Assembly (NCBI GenBank): GCA_963555995.3
Contig: OY821641.1
Location: forward strand, 2,208,001 to 2,272,000
Source of the DNA: Vicinamibacteria bacterium
GTDB taxonomy: Bacteria; Acidobacteriota; Vicinamibacteria; Marinacidobacterales; Marinacidobacteraceae
Length of the DNA: 64,000 nt
Direction of reading: 5' to 3'
Under the pieces are notes generated by a model. That model did not search any database and had not been told where the DNA came from. It worked only from the letters and a program-made list of their open reading frames with translations. The stretch's first letter is position 1; each line of letters opens with the position of its first letter. Of the stretch, positions 1-8,047 are shown piece after piece. The translations under genes were made by a program, and so were the position numbers.

Positions 1-1398
1 GTCCACCCGGTGGATCACCCCGTCCACGAAGACCGTCTCGACCTTCGCTCCGTCCTCGAAGATGTCCTGGTCGCTGATCACCAGGTTGGCGATCCGCCCC
101 GCCTGGAGCGTTCCCACCCGGTCCGCGACCCCGAAGATCTCGGCCGGGGCCATGGTGAGCGCGGTGAGCGCCGCCTCCCGGTCGAGGCCCCGTTCGACCG
201 CCTGCCGGACGGCCGTCAGATCGTCACCGGAACCCCCGCGTCCGCCCGCGGGTCCTCCCCGCCGGCCCGGCGGACCTCCGCCGGATCGCGGCGCCTCACC
301 CCTGTAGAAGGCGAACCGCACGCCCGCCGCCGCGAGGGCCGCGGGACCGGCGGGCGCCCGGTCCCGGAGGCGCAGCGTGCGGAGCGGCGCCTGGGCGTCG
401 GGGTCCGCGTCGGGATCGGCCTTCGGCCAGTTGAGGTCCACCAGGATGGGGACGCCGTGTTCCGCCAGGAACGCCGCCGACTCCGTGGCTTCGTGCCCGC
501 CGTAGAGCACCGGCCGGATGCCGAACTCCCGGGCGAGACCCACCATCCGGCGGACCTCCTTGTCGAGGGCGGCCGGCAGGAGCACCGCCTGCTGGCCCGC
601 GGCGGCGGGCACGAGCGGCGCGAGCGAGCGGTCATAACGCGGCCGCGCCAGGCCCGCCGGATCCTCCTCGTACATCCGCCAGATCTCGGCATAATGGGAG
701 GCGTCCATGAAGAGCTGCCGCAGGTAGGCGAGCACTCCCATCATGGAACCGGGGAAGGAACGGAACCCGCGGGTCTCGAGCCGGACCATCACCGCCACGT
801 CCGGATCGAGCACCAGGTCCCGGGCGTCGTCCGCCGCGAGGTTCAGGAACGCGGCCCGGCCCCCGACGATCCCGCCGCGGGGGGCGGTGACCGCGGAGGT
901 GAATCCGGCGCGCCGGCGCGCGGCCATCCGGTTGTCGTCCGCCTGGAGGTCATCCGCAGCGAGCCGCCAGGAGAAGGTGTCCGGACGGTCCTCCGGTCCG
1001 CGCGACGGCGGCGGCGGGGTCGGGCGCCCTCCGGCCCCGGCCGCCTGCCTGCCCTGGGGAGCGGCCGTCCCGAGGCCCAGATCGCTCAGCGCGGTGATGA
1101 ATCCCGGATAGACGTGCTTCCCCGCCGCATCGAGCCGACCCGTTCCGGCGGGCGCGTCGCTCCCCGCCTCGACCGAAACGATCAGCCCGTCCCGGATCAC
1201 CACGGTGGCTTCGTCGAGCACGGTCCCGTTCCCAACGTGGACCATGCCACCGGTGATCGCCCAGTCACGCGGGCCGGCGTCGGCCACCGCGCGGGAGGAG
1301 AGCTGGGCGGCGACGCTTGACGCCACCGCCACACCCAGCAGCACCGCGAACGGTGCGACAAGGCGGCGGCAGCGCCGCGGAGGACTTCGTCTCGGCAT
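1..1398 (-). CDS. Exported amidohydrolase-family protein (3' end runs off the window; probably lacks metal ligands)
   Basis: Not in the ORF track because the stop lies outside the window. My translation from ATG 1398 gives a signal peptide, then WAITGGMVHVGNG...DAAGKHVYPGFITALSDLG, and near position 1 LGSLQAGRIANLVISDQDIFE...VFVDG, which are typical amidohydrolase N- and C-terminal motifs. Confidence 0.8.
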   Translation of the reverse strand, partial: MPRRSPPRRCRRLVAPFAVLLGVAVASSVAAQLSSRAVADAGPRDWAITGGMVHVGNGTVLDEATVVIRDGLIVSVEAGSDAPAGTGRLDAAGKHVYPGFITALSDLGLGTAAPQGRQAAGAGGRPTPPPPSRGPEDRPDTFSWRLAADDLQADDNRMAARRRAGFTSAVTAPRGGIVGGRAAFLNLAADDARDLVLDPDVAVMVRLETRGFRSFPGSMMGVLAYLRQLFMDASHYAEIWRMYEEDPAGLARPRYDRSLAPLVPAAAGQQAVLLPAALDKEVRRMVGLAREFGIRPVLYGGHEATESAAFLAEHGVPILVDLNWPKADPDADPDAQAPLRTLRLRDRAPAGPAALAAAGVRFAFYRGEAPRSGGGPPGRRGGPAGGRGGSGDDLTAVRQAVERGLDREAALTALTMAPAEIFGVADRVGTLQAGRIANLVISDQDIFEDGAKVETVFVDGVIHRVD

Positions 1399-1481
1399 GG
1401 CGGCGAGTCTGTCCGAGCGGTGCGCAGCGGTCAACCGGGCGTCGCGTGCCAACCGCATCGGGTCATCGTGACGATTGGTAC

Positions 1482-1530
1482 TGTCGGTGGTTCCGTTAAA
1501 TTTGCGGTAAATTTAACGGAACCACCGACA
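1482..1530. promoter_or_regulatory. Perfect 22-bp inverted repeat (operator or hairpin) immediately upstream of the AAA-DUF4143 gene
   Basis: TGTCGGTGGTTCCGTTAAATTT-gcggt-AAATTTAACGGAACCACCGACA, ending 2 nt before ATG 1533. Confidence 0.75.
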
Positions 1531-1532
1531 CC

Positions 1533-2720
1533 ATGTATCCCCGTCTCCTCCCCCTGCCCCGACAGAGCTTCTTCCTGTTCGGGCCTCGGGGAACCGGCAA
1601 GTCCGTGTGGCTCTCCCAAGTGCTCCCCGACGCCGGGCTGACGGTGGATCTGCTGCGGTCCAGCGAATACCTGCGCTACCGGCGGGACGCGTCGCTGCTG
1701 GCGCGCGAAGTCGCCGCGCTGGCGCCGGGGGGGTGGGTCGTCATTGACGAGATCCAGAAGCTCCCCGCATTGCTCGATGAAGTCCACGCGCTGCTCTTCG
1801 CCGGAGAGGGCGGACACCGGTTCGCGCTCTCCGGTTCCAGCGCCCGCAAACTGAAGCGGTCCGGGGCGAACATGCTGGCGGGCCGGGCGTGGTCGAAGCG
1901 GATGTTCCCGCTGAGCTCGTTGGAGATGGGCGGGGATTTCCGACTGGAGGAGGCGCTTCGCTACGGGCAGCTCCCGCTGTCGGTCGCCGCCGGGGCCGCG
2001 TCCGACCGGGCGGAGTTCCTGGACGCCTACGTCGAGACCTATCTGCGCGAGGAGATCTGGCAAGAGGCGTTCGTCCGGAATCTGGATGGCTTCTACCGGT
2101 TCCTCACGGTCGCGGCGCTCTACAACGGGCAGGTTCTGAACGTCAGCAACATCGCGCGGGAGGCGGGGATCGCCCGCTCGACGGTGCTCGGGTACTTCGG
2201 CATTCTCGAGGACACGCTGGTGGGCTGGCGGCTGCCCGCGTGGCGGAAGCGGGCCAAGGTGAAGGAGGTCGCACACCCCAAGTTCTACCTGTTCGACTGT
2301 GGGGTACAGCGGGCGCTGGCGGGCCTCCAGCGGGACAAGCCTTCGAGCGCGGAGCGGGGCGCGCTGTTCGAGACCTGGGTGCTGAACGAGTTGCGCGCGC
2401 TGAACTCCTGGGGATCTCAGGGCGCCCGGTTCTTCTATTGGCGGACCGAGTCCGGCACGGAGGTGGACCTGATCTGGCAGCGCGGCGCGCGGGCGGCCGG
2501 CATCGAGATCAAGGCGTCCACGCACTGGAAGGAGTCCTGGAACCGCGGGCTACGGACGCTGTTGGAAGCGGGCGACATCGAAGTGGCATTCGGCATCTAC
2601 GGCGGGGCGCGGGAACTCCGGTTCGGGGAAATCCGGGTGCTGCCGCACCGCGCGGCGCTGCAGCTCGCGTGGGCGCGTGGATTCCTGGAGGAGGACGTCG
2701 CCGGCCACGTCACGGGATGA
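1533..2720 (+). CDS. AAA+ ATPase with DUF4143 / PD-(D/E)xK C-terminal domain
   Basis: Walker A GPRGTGKS, Walker B VVIDEIQ, LSGSS, LAGRA, PKFYLFDCG, C-terminal YWRT..EVDL..IEIKAS. Confidence 0.9.
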   Translation: MYPRLLPLPRQSFFLFGPRGTGKSVWLSQVLPDAGLTVDLLRSSEYLRYRRDASLLAREVAALAPGGWVVIDEIQKLPALLDEVHALLFAGEGGHRFALSGSSARKLKRSGANMLAGRAWSKRMFPLSSLEMGGDFRLEEALRYGQLPLSVAAGAASDRAEFLDAYVETYLREEIWQEAFVRNLDGFYRFLTVAALYNGQVLNVSNIAREAGIARSTVLGYFGILEDTLVGWRLPAWRKRAKVKEVAHPKFYLFDCGVQRALAGLQRDKPSSAERGALFETWVLNELRALNSWGSQGARFFYWRTESGTEVDLIWQRGARAAGIEIKASTHWKESWNRGLRTLLEAGDIEVAFGIYGGARELRFGEIRVLPHRAALQLAWARGFLEEDVAGHVTG

Positions 2721-2839
2721 GCCGGCCCGCAGGGGCGGGAGTCCTGGCGTTGGTTCCGGGCCGGCGGGCGGAGCCGGTAGCCCGAGGGCCTGCTTCCTTC
2801 GGGGTGCGCGTCATCGAGGCTTGGAAGCGGTGGGAGTTT

Positions 2840-2883
2840 CGCCAGCCTCCGGCTGGCGGTGCCGGTCTGAAGACCGGCGCTCC
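2840..2883. repeat. Two REP-like hairpins
   Basis: CGCCAGC-ctccg-GCTGGCG and GCCGGTCT-ga-AGACCGGC-gctcc; the family recurs throughout the window. Confidence 0.75.
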
Positions 2884-2928
2884 TGCCGGCGCTCCCTGCC
2901 TCCTCGTGCGTAACATTCCCGGCGTTCC

Positions 2929-4458
2929 GTGCCCCGCTTCTACCTGACGACCGCCATTGACTACGTCAACTCGGCGCCGCACCTGGGGACGGCCTACGAG
3001 AAGATCACCGCGGACGTCATCGCCCGCTACCGGCGGGGCGCCGGGTATGACACCCACTTCCTGATGGGGGCCGACGAGCACTCGCTGAACGTGCGGCGGA
3101 AGGCCGAGGAGGAGGGACTCGATCCGCTCGACTACTGCGCCAGGATGGAGGACGTCTTCCGCGGGGTGTGGGCGAAGCTCGACGTGTCCTACGACGAGTT
3201 CATCCGCACCACCGAGAGGCGCCACCAACTCGGGGTGCAGAAGCTGCTGGAAGCGATCCGGGCGAAGGGCGACATCTACGAGGGCATCTACGAGGGCTGG
3301 TACTGCGTCTCCTGCGAGGCGTTCAAGCAGGAGAAGGACCTCGAGGACGGTTTCTGCCCGCTGCACCGGGCGAAGCCCGACTGGATCTCCGAGAAGAACC
3401 ACTTCTTCCGGCTGTCCGCCTACCGCGACGCCCTGCTGGAGCTCTACCGCGCACGGCCCGGCTTCATCGAGCCGGCGACCCGGCGGAACGAGCTGACGAA
3501 CGTGCTGGAGGCGGGGTTGCTCGACCTCTCGGTGAGCCGGCCGGGGACCGGGTGGGGCATCCCCGTGCCGTTCGACGAGCGCAGCGTGGTGTACGTGTGG
3601 TTCGACGCGCTCGTGAACTATCTCTCGACGACGGGATACGGCACCGATGAGGACGGCTGGGACGAGCGCTGGCCCGCCGACTTGCACATCGTCGGCAAGG
3701 ACATCACCCGCTTCCACGCGGTCATCTGGCCGGCGATGCTGATGGCGGCGGGGGTGCCGATCCCCCGGCAGGTCTTCGGCCACGGCTTCGTGAACTTCCA
3801 GGGCGAGCGGATGAGCAAGTCGCTCGGCACCGCCGTGGACCCGCTGGAAGCGGCCGACCATTTCGGCCCCGACCCGCTGCGCCTCTTCCTGGTGCGCGAG
3901 ATCCAGTACGGGCAGGACGGCGACTTCTCGTGGGACCGCTTCGAGGCCCGCTACGACGCCGATCTCGCGAATGCGCTCGGGAACCTGGTCAGCCGCATCA
4001 CCTCGATGGCGGGGCGCTACCGCGACGGACGGCTGCCGGCTTCCGCCCGGTCGGCGCTTCCGGAGGTCACCGCGAGGGCGGTCGCCGAGTACCACGAAGC
4101 GATGGTGGATCTGCGGCTCCAGGACGGAGCGGCGGCGGCCTTCGGGATCGTGAGCGCGGTCAACGAGTTCCTGACCGAGCGGGCGCCGTGGAAGCTGGCG
4201 AAGGACCCGGACGCCGGAGCCGCGCTCGACGAGGCGCTCTACGAGGCCGCGGAGGCGACGCGGGTCGCGGCGGTGCTGCTCCACCCGGTGATGCCGAAGT
4301 CCACGGCCCGCATCCTCGAACGGCTGGGCGGAGCGGACGGGGACGACGTCCGGTTCGACGACCACGCGGCCTTCCGGAGCGGGCGGGCGCTGGTCACGCG
4401 CACCGGAGAGCCGCTCTGGCCGCGACTTTCCGGCGGGAGGTCGGGCGGCAAGGCCTGA
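2929..4458 (+). CDS. metG: Methionine--tRNA ligase (short form, no C-terminal EMAP domain)
   Basis: YLTTAIDYVN, HLGT (HIGH-like), GADEH, CxxC knuckle, YVWFDAL, GKDITRFH, RMSKS (KMSKS). Confidence 0.95.
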   Translation: MPRFYLTTAIDYVNSAPHLGTAYEKITADVIARYRRGAGYDTHFLMGADEHSLNVRRKAEEEGLDPLDYCARMEDVFRGVWAKLDVSYDEFIRTTERRHQLGVQKLLEAIRAKGDIYEGIYEGWYCVSCEAFKQEKDLEDGFCPLHRAKPDWISEKNHFFRLSAYRDALLELYRARPGFIEPATRRNELTNVLEAGLLDLSVSRPGTGWGIPVPFDERSVVYVWFDALVNYLSTTGYGTDEDGWDERWPADLHIVGKDITRFHAVIWPAMLMAAGVPIPRQVFGHGFVNFQGERMSKSLGTAVDPLEAADHFGPDPLRLFLVREIQYGQDGDFSWDRFEARYDADLANALGNLVSRITSMAGRYRDGRLPASARSALPEVTARAVAEYHEAMVDLRLQDGAAAAFGIVSAVNEFLTERAPWKLAKDPDAGAALDEALYEAAEATRVAAVLLHPVMPKSTARILERLGGADGDDVRFDDHAAFRSGRALVTRTGEPLWPRLSGGRSGGKA

Positions 4459-4478
4459 CGGGCGAACCCCCCGGGGCG

Positions 4479-5741
4479 ATGACTCCCCATCCGGCCGGTC
4501 TCCTCTCGCGGAACTGGCTGATGGGGTTCCGCACCGACGTCGTCTGGATCATCCTCTCGGCCGCCGTCGGCTGGGCCTACCTGGCGCTGATCCTGGGCGT
4601 GGGCGCCGGACTCGAGAACCCCATCCGGGACACCTTCGCCACCCTGCGGATCGGCGAGTTCGCGCTGCCCCTGAGCCTCGGGCTGGTGGTGGTGGCGAGT
4701 TGGGCGATCGTCCTCGACGCCCCGCACCTGTTCGCCACCCTGGCCCGCACGGTGCTGGACCCGGAGGAATGGCGCGTCCGCGGCGGGGTGCTGCTGGCCT
4801 CGTTCGGCTTCTTCCTGCTGGGTCCGGCCCTGATCCTGACGCCGCGCTGGCTGTCGTCCGCCGGGATGCTCCCCGCCGAGGCGGCAACGCTCGGGAGCGT
4901 CGTCTTCCTCGTCTTCTTCCGGCTCTGGGCCTACTACCACGTGGTGCGCCAGCACTGGGGGTTCTTCCGGCTCTACGCCCGCCGGAACCCGGTAGCGGAG
5001 GACGAACCGGAGGCCCGGGTGGACAGGATCGTCTTCCCGGTCCTCTTCTACCTGCCGATCGTCTGGTTCCTGACCGCGCCCTGGTACGCGGCGAGCGGGA
5101 TGCCCGAACTCGGCTTCGCCACCGAGGTCGGCGGCCGGACGCTCGGGACCTGGCTGCACGCGCCGGTGGGATCGGTTTGGCTTCTGACGCTGCTCGCCTA
5201 CGCCGGCTTCCAGTGGCGGCGCGCCCGGCAGGGGACACCCCGGAACCTGCCCAAGCTGCTCCTGCTCGGGGCCACCGTTCCCCTCCACGCGGCGGCCTTC
5301 TCCGGTCCGCTGCCGGTGCTCTTCGTGGTGCCCCTGGTCACCGCCGGACACAACCTCCAGTACCAGCGCTTCGTCTGGGACTACGGGCAGCGCCGCTACC
5401 AATCGGAACGGAGCCCGGCCGCCTTCTCCTTCCGCAACCCGGCGCTCTATTTCGCGCTCGGGCTCGTGTTCACCCTCCTCTGCTACCGGGGGCCGCTGGT
5501 GGCTTCCGTGAGCGGCCTGCTCGCGGGCTTCCTCGACGGATTCCTGCTGCCCTTCGCGGGTCTCGTGGCCGGGGCGCCGGGGAGCGGCGGCGGGAGCCTC
5601 GGGGCCGAAGTGGTGGGGGCGTCGCTTCTCGGCTGGGCCATGCAGCACTACTACCTCGACGCGAAGATCTGGCAGATGTCGAAGGACGAGCGGCTGCGGC
5701 GGGTGTTGCGGACGCCGCGTCCGGGCGGAGTGTCCCGGTAG
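4479..5741 (+). CDS. Polytopic membrane protein with conserved His motifs
   Basis: In-frame ATG at 4479 inside the 3930..5741 ORF; about 9-10 hydrophobic segments; motifs DAPHLFAT, YYHVVRQHWG, GHNLQY, QHYYLD. Confidence 0.75.
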   Translation: MTPHPAGLLSRNWLMGFRTDVVWIILSAAVGWAYLALILGVGAGLENPIRDTFATLRIGEFALPLSLGLVVVASWAIVLDAPHLFATLARTVLDPEEWRVRGGVLLASFGFFLLGPALILTPRWLSSAGMLPAEAATLGSVVFLVFFRLWAYYHVVRQHWGFFRLYARRNPVAEDEPEARVDRIVFPVLFYLPIVWFLTAPWYAASGMPELGFATEVGGRTLGTWLHAPVGSVWLLTLLAYAGFQWRRARQGTPRNLPKLLLLGATVPLHAAAFSGPLPVLFVVPLVTAGHNLQYQRFVWDYGQRRYQSERSPAAFSFRNPALYFALGLVFTLLCYRGPLVASVSGLLAGFLDGFLLPFAGLVAGAPGSGGGSLGAEVVGASLLGWAMQHYYLDAKIWQMSKDERLRRVLRTPRPGGVSR

Positions 5742-5794
5742 GGGCACAGCCCATCACGGACCGTCAGCGAAACGCGCTTTCCGGCCCCGCGGGC

Positions 5795-6013
5795 CGCGTG
5801 CCGGCCTGGAGGCCGGCGTTCCAAGCCGGTGCGTCACCCTGGAGGTCGGCGCTCCGGGCTGTAGCGTCATCCGGGAGGTCTGGAGACTGGTGGTCCAGGG
5901 CGTACGCGCTGCGAGGGTGGGTGGAGCTACGACGTGCGCGGCGCGGAGCGCCGCGCGTGCCGGTCTGGAGACCGGCGTTCCAAGCCGGTGCGTCGCCCTG
6001 GAGGTCGGCGCTC
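5795..6013. repeat. Two 60-bp direct repeats containing REP hairpins
   Basis: 5795-5854 and 5954-6013 differ at 3 positions, two of which form a compensatory pair in the stem; they lie between convergent genes. Confidence 0.85.
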
Positions 6014-6018
6014 TTGAA

Positions 6019-6876
6019 CTATTGGTCCAGGGACTTCCGGAATGCCGCGATGGTGATCTCGGCGCGGCGGGCGACGAGCGCCTGGCCGTTCGAGATGGTC
6101 TGGTCGAGCGGGTCGAGCGGGACGCCGTTGATCTCGAACAGCCCCGCGTCCCGGCGCTCGCGCGTGCGGATCGATCCCGGATCCACGGTCGCCATGATCG
6201 CGTCGTAGTGGTAGTCGTCGTGGATTCCCGCGCGGGAGGCGGACTGCACGTCGGGCTCCTGGTGGATTCCCAGTTCCTTGAGCTGCTCGAAACTCCAGAT
6301 GTCCTCCCGGTAGTACTCCGGAACGTGGTGGAGACGGACCCCCGCGTGGGGCGGGTCGGCGTTCCAGCGCTCCGCCACGTTGGCCATCCCCCGCTGGTTC
6401 CCGCCGCTGTCGCCGATCATCAGGATGTCGGTGAACCCGCTGGTGGCGAGACTCCACGCTACGTCGGTGAGCACCATTTCGAAGGTCTCCTGCGTGAGGC
6501 TGAACGTCCCGGGAAAGCGCATGTGACCGGTCGGCGGGTCGTGATCGCCCTCGGGCACCAGCTTGATGATGGGGGCGACCAGCGCGTTCCCCAGCCGCCG
6601 GGCGATGGCCTCGGTGGTGGCCCGCAGCACCACGTTGTGCTTTCCGGTGACCACGTAGGGGCCGTTCTGTTCGATCCCGCCGGTCGCGACGATCGCGGTG
6701 GTGGCGCCATCCGCGATGCGGTCGCGGACCTCCATCCAGGTCAGTTCCTCGATGAAGACGCTGTCGAAGGCGGCGATGGGCCGCTCCGCGTCGGGGGCGT
6801 TCCAGGGATGGTCCTGGGGCCCGCAGCCGAGAGCGAGGAGCGACAAGAAGAGAACGAAGAGCGAACGTGAAGACAT
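6019..6876 (-). CDS. Creatininase-family protein, probable lipoprotein
   Basis: EELTWMEV, TGGIEQNGPY, FPGTFSL, GDSGGN; N-terminal LLALGC lipobox. Start could also be 6885. Confidence 0.85.
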   Translation of the reverse strand: MSSRSLFVLFLSLLALGCGPQDHPWNAPDAERPIAAFDSVFIEELTWMEVRDRIADGATTAIVATGGIEQNGPYVVTGKHNVVLRATTEAIARRLGNALVAPIIKLVPEGDHDPPTGHMRFPGTFSLTQETFEMVLTDVAWSLATSGFTDILMIGDSGGNQRGMANVAERWNADPPHAGVRLHHVPEYYREDIWSFEQLKELGIHQEPDVQSASRAGIHDDYHYDAIMATVDPGSIRTRERRDAGLFEINGVPLDPLDQTISNGQALVARRAEITIAAFRKSLDQ

Positions 6877-6925
6877 CGGGGGCATTGTCAGCGGGGGTGA
6901 ACCGGGACGCAAGCGCGTCGTCGAA

Positions 6926-8047
6926 TCAGGTTCGGCTGCGCGGGAACACGGGCACCGGACCGGCCGGGCGGAGGCCGACGCGCTGACCGGGACGGAGCAG
7001 GCCCTGCCAGGCGTCGCGGGCCGGAGACCGCGCGGCGATCGGGCGGCCCGACGGGAGCCGCGCCTCGATGAGCTGGAAGGCCCCGTGGAACGCCGTCCGG
7101 GTCAGTACCGCAGCGGGGGAACCGGCGCGCTCCTCGTCCACGAAGGGCTCCACGAGCAGCCCGTCGAGCGGCAGCAGCACCTCGACCGGACCCCGGGGAG
7201 GCTTCCCGCCGGAGGCCGGCGGCAGGATCTCCACCCGGCCGATCTCGCAGAGCGCTGTCTTCCCGTCGCTCTCCCCCGGCAGGAAGTTGGTCTCCCCCAG
7301 GAACTCCGCGCCGGCCCGGCTTCCGGGATTCCGGGCCAGTTCCTCGGGCTTGCCGGACCGGACCACCCTGCCGTCGAGCAGCAGGACCACCTGGTCGGCG
7401 AGCAGGAACGCTTCCTCCCGGTCGTGGGTCACGAGGACCGCGGTGGCGTCGAGACGCCGGAGAAGCTGGGCCACCTCCTCCCGCACGCCGGCCCGCCGGG
7501 GCGCGTCGAGGTTCGAGAAGGGCTCGTCCAGCAGCACCACCGCCGGCTCGGGGGCGAGGGCGCGGGCGAGGGCCACCCGCTGCTGTTCTCCCCCCGAGAG
7601 TTCGTGCGGCCGATGACTGGCGACTTCGGAAAGCCCCACCATCTGCAGGGCGCCCCAGGCCCTCGTGAGCCCGGCCGGCCCCGGAACCCCGAAGGCGACG
7701 TTGTCGAGGGCCGAAAGGTGGGGGAAGAGCGCGTACTCCTGGAACACGAGGCCCACCCGCCGCGATTCCGGTGGAACGAAGACCCCTTTTCCGGTCACCG
7801 TTTCCCCCAGGACCCGAACCTCTCCGGCATCGGCCGTCTCCAGGCCGGCCACGATCCGGAGGAGGGTCGTCTTCCCGCCGCCGCTGGGCCCGAGTACCGC
7901 CGTCAGGCTGCCGGGGGGGACCTCCAGATCCACTCCGGCGAGCACGGGGCGGTCCGGGTCCAGCCTTCCGTTGCTGAGGAAGCGCTTCTCGATCGCGCGG
8001 CAACGAAGCGCCGCTTCCGGGACGGCCCCGGCGCCCGCGCCGAACAT
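6926..8047 (-). CDS. Fe(III) ABC transporter ATP-binding subunit (FbpC/PotA-like)
   Basis: GPSGGGKT, VFQEYALFPH, LSGGEQQR, LLDEPFS, VTHD. Confidence 0.9.
   Translation of the reverse strand: MFGAGAGAVPEAALRCRAIEKRFLSNGRLDPDRPVLAGVDLEVPPGSLTAVLGPSGGGKTTLLRIVAGLETADAGEVRVLGETVTGKGVFVPPESRRVGLVFQEYALFPHLSALDNVAFGVPGPAGLTRAWGALQMVGLSEVASHRPHELSGGEQQRVALARALAPEPAVVLLDEPFSNLDAPRRAGVREEVAQLLRRLDATAVLVTHDREEAFLLADQVVLLLDGRVVRSGKPEELARNPGSRAGAEFLGETNFLPGESDGKTALCEIGRVEILPPASGGKPPRGPVEVLLPLDGLLVEPFVDEERAGSPAAVLTRTAFHGAFQLIEARLPSGRPIAARSPARDAWQGLLRPGQRVGLRPAGPVPVFPRSRT

Noticed and set aside
10-1320. 436-aa plus-strand ORF
   Set aside because: Shadow of the minus-strand amidohydrolase that the ORF track missed because it runs off the window.
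5795-6013. Possible CRISPR array, here and at 46681-46874 and 51101-51920
   Set aside because: Repeats are few, irregularly spaced, of mixed orientation and sequence-variable, and no cas genes are present; they fit REPs better.
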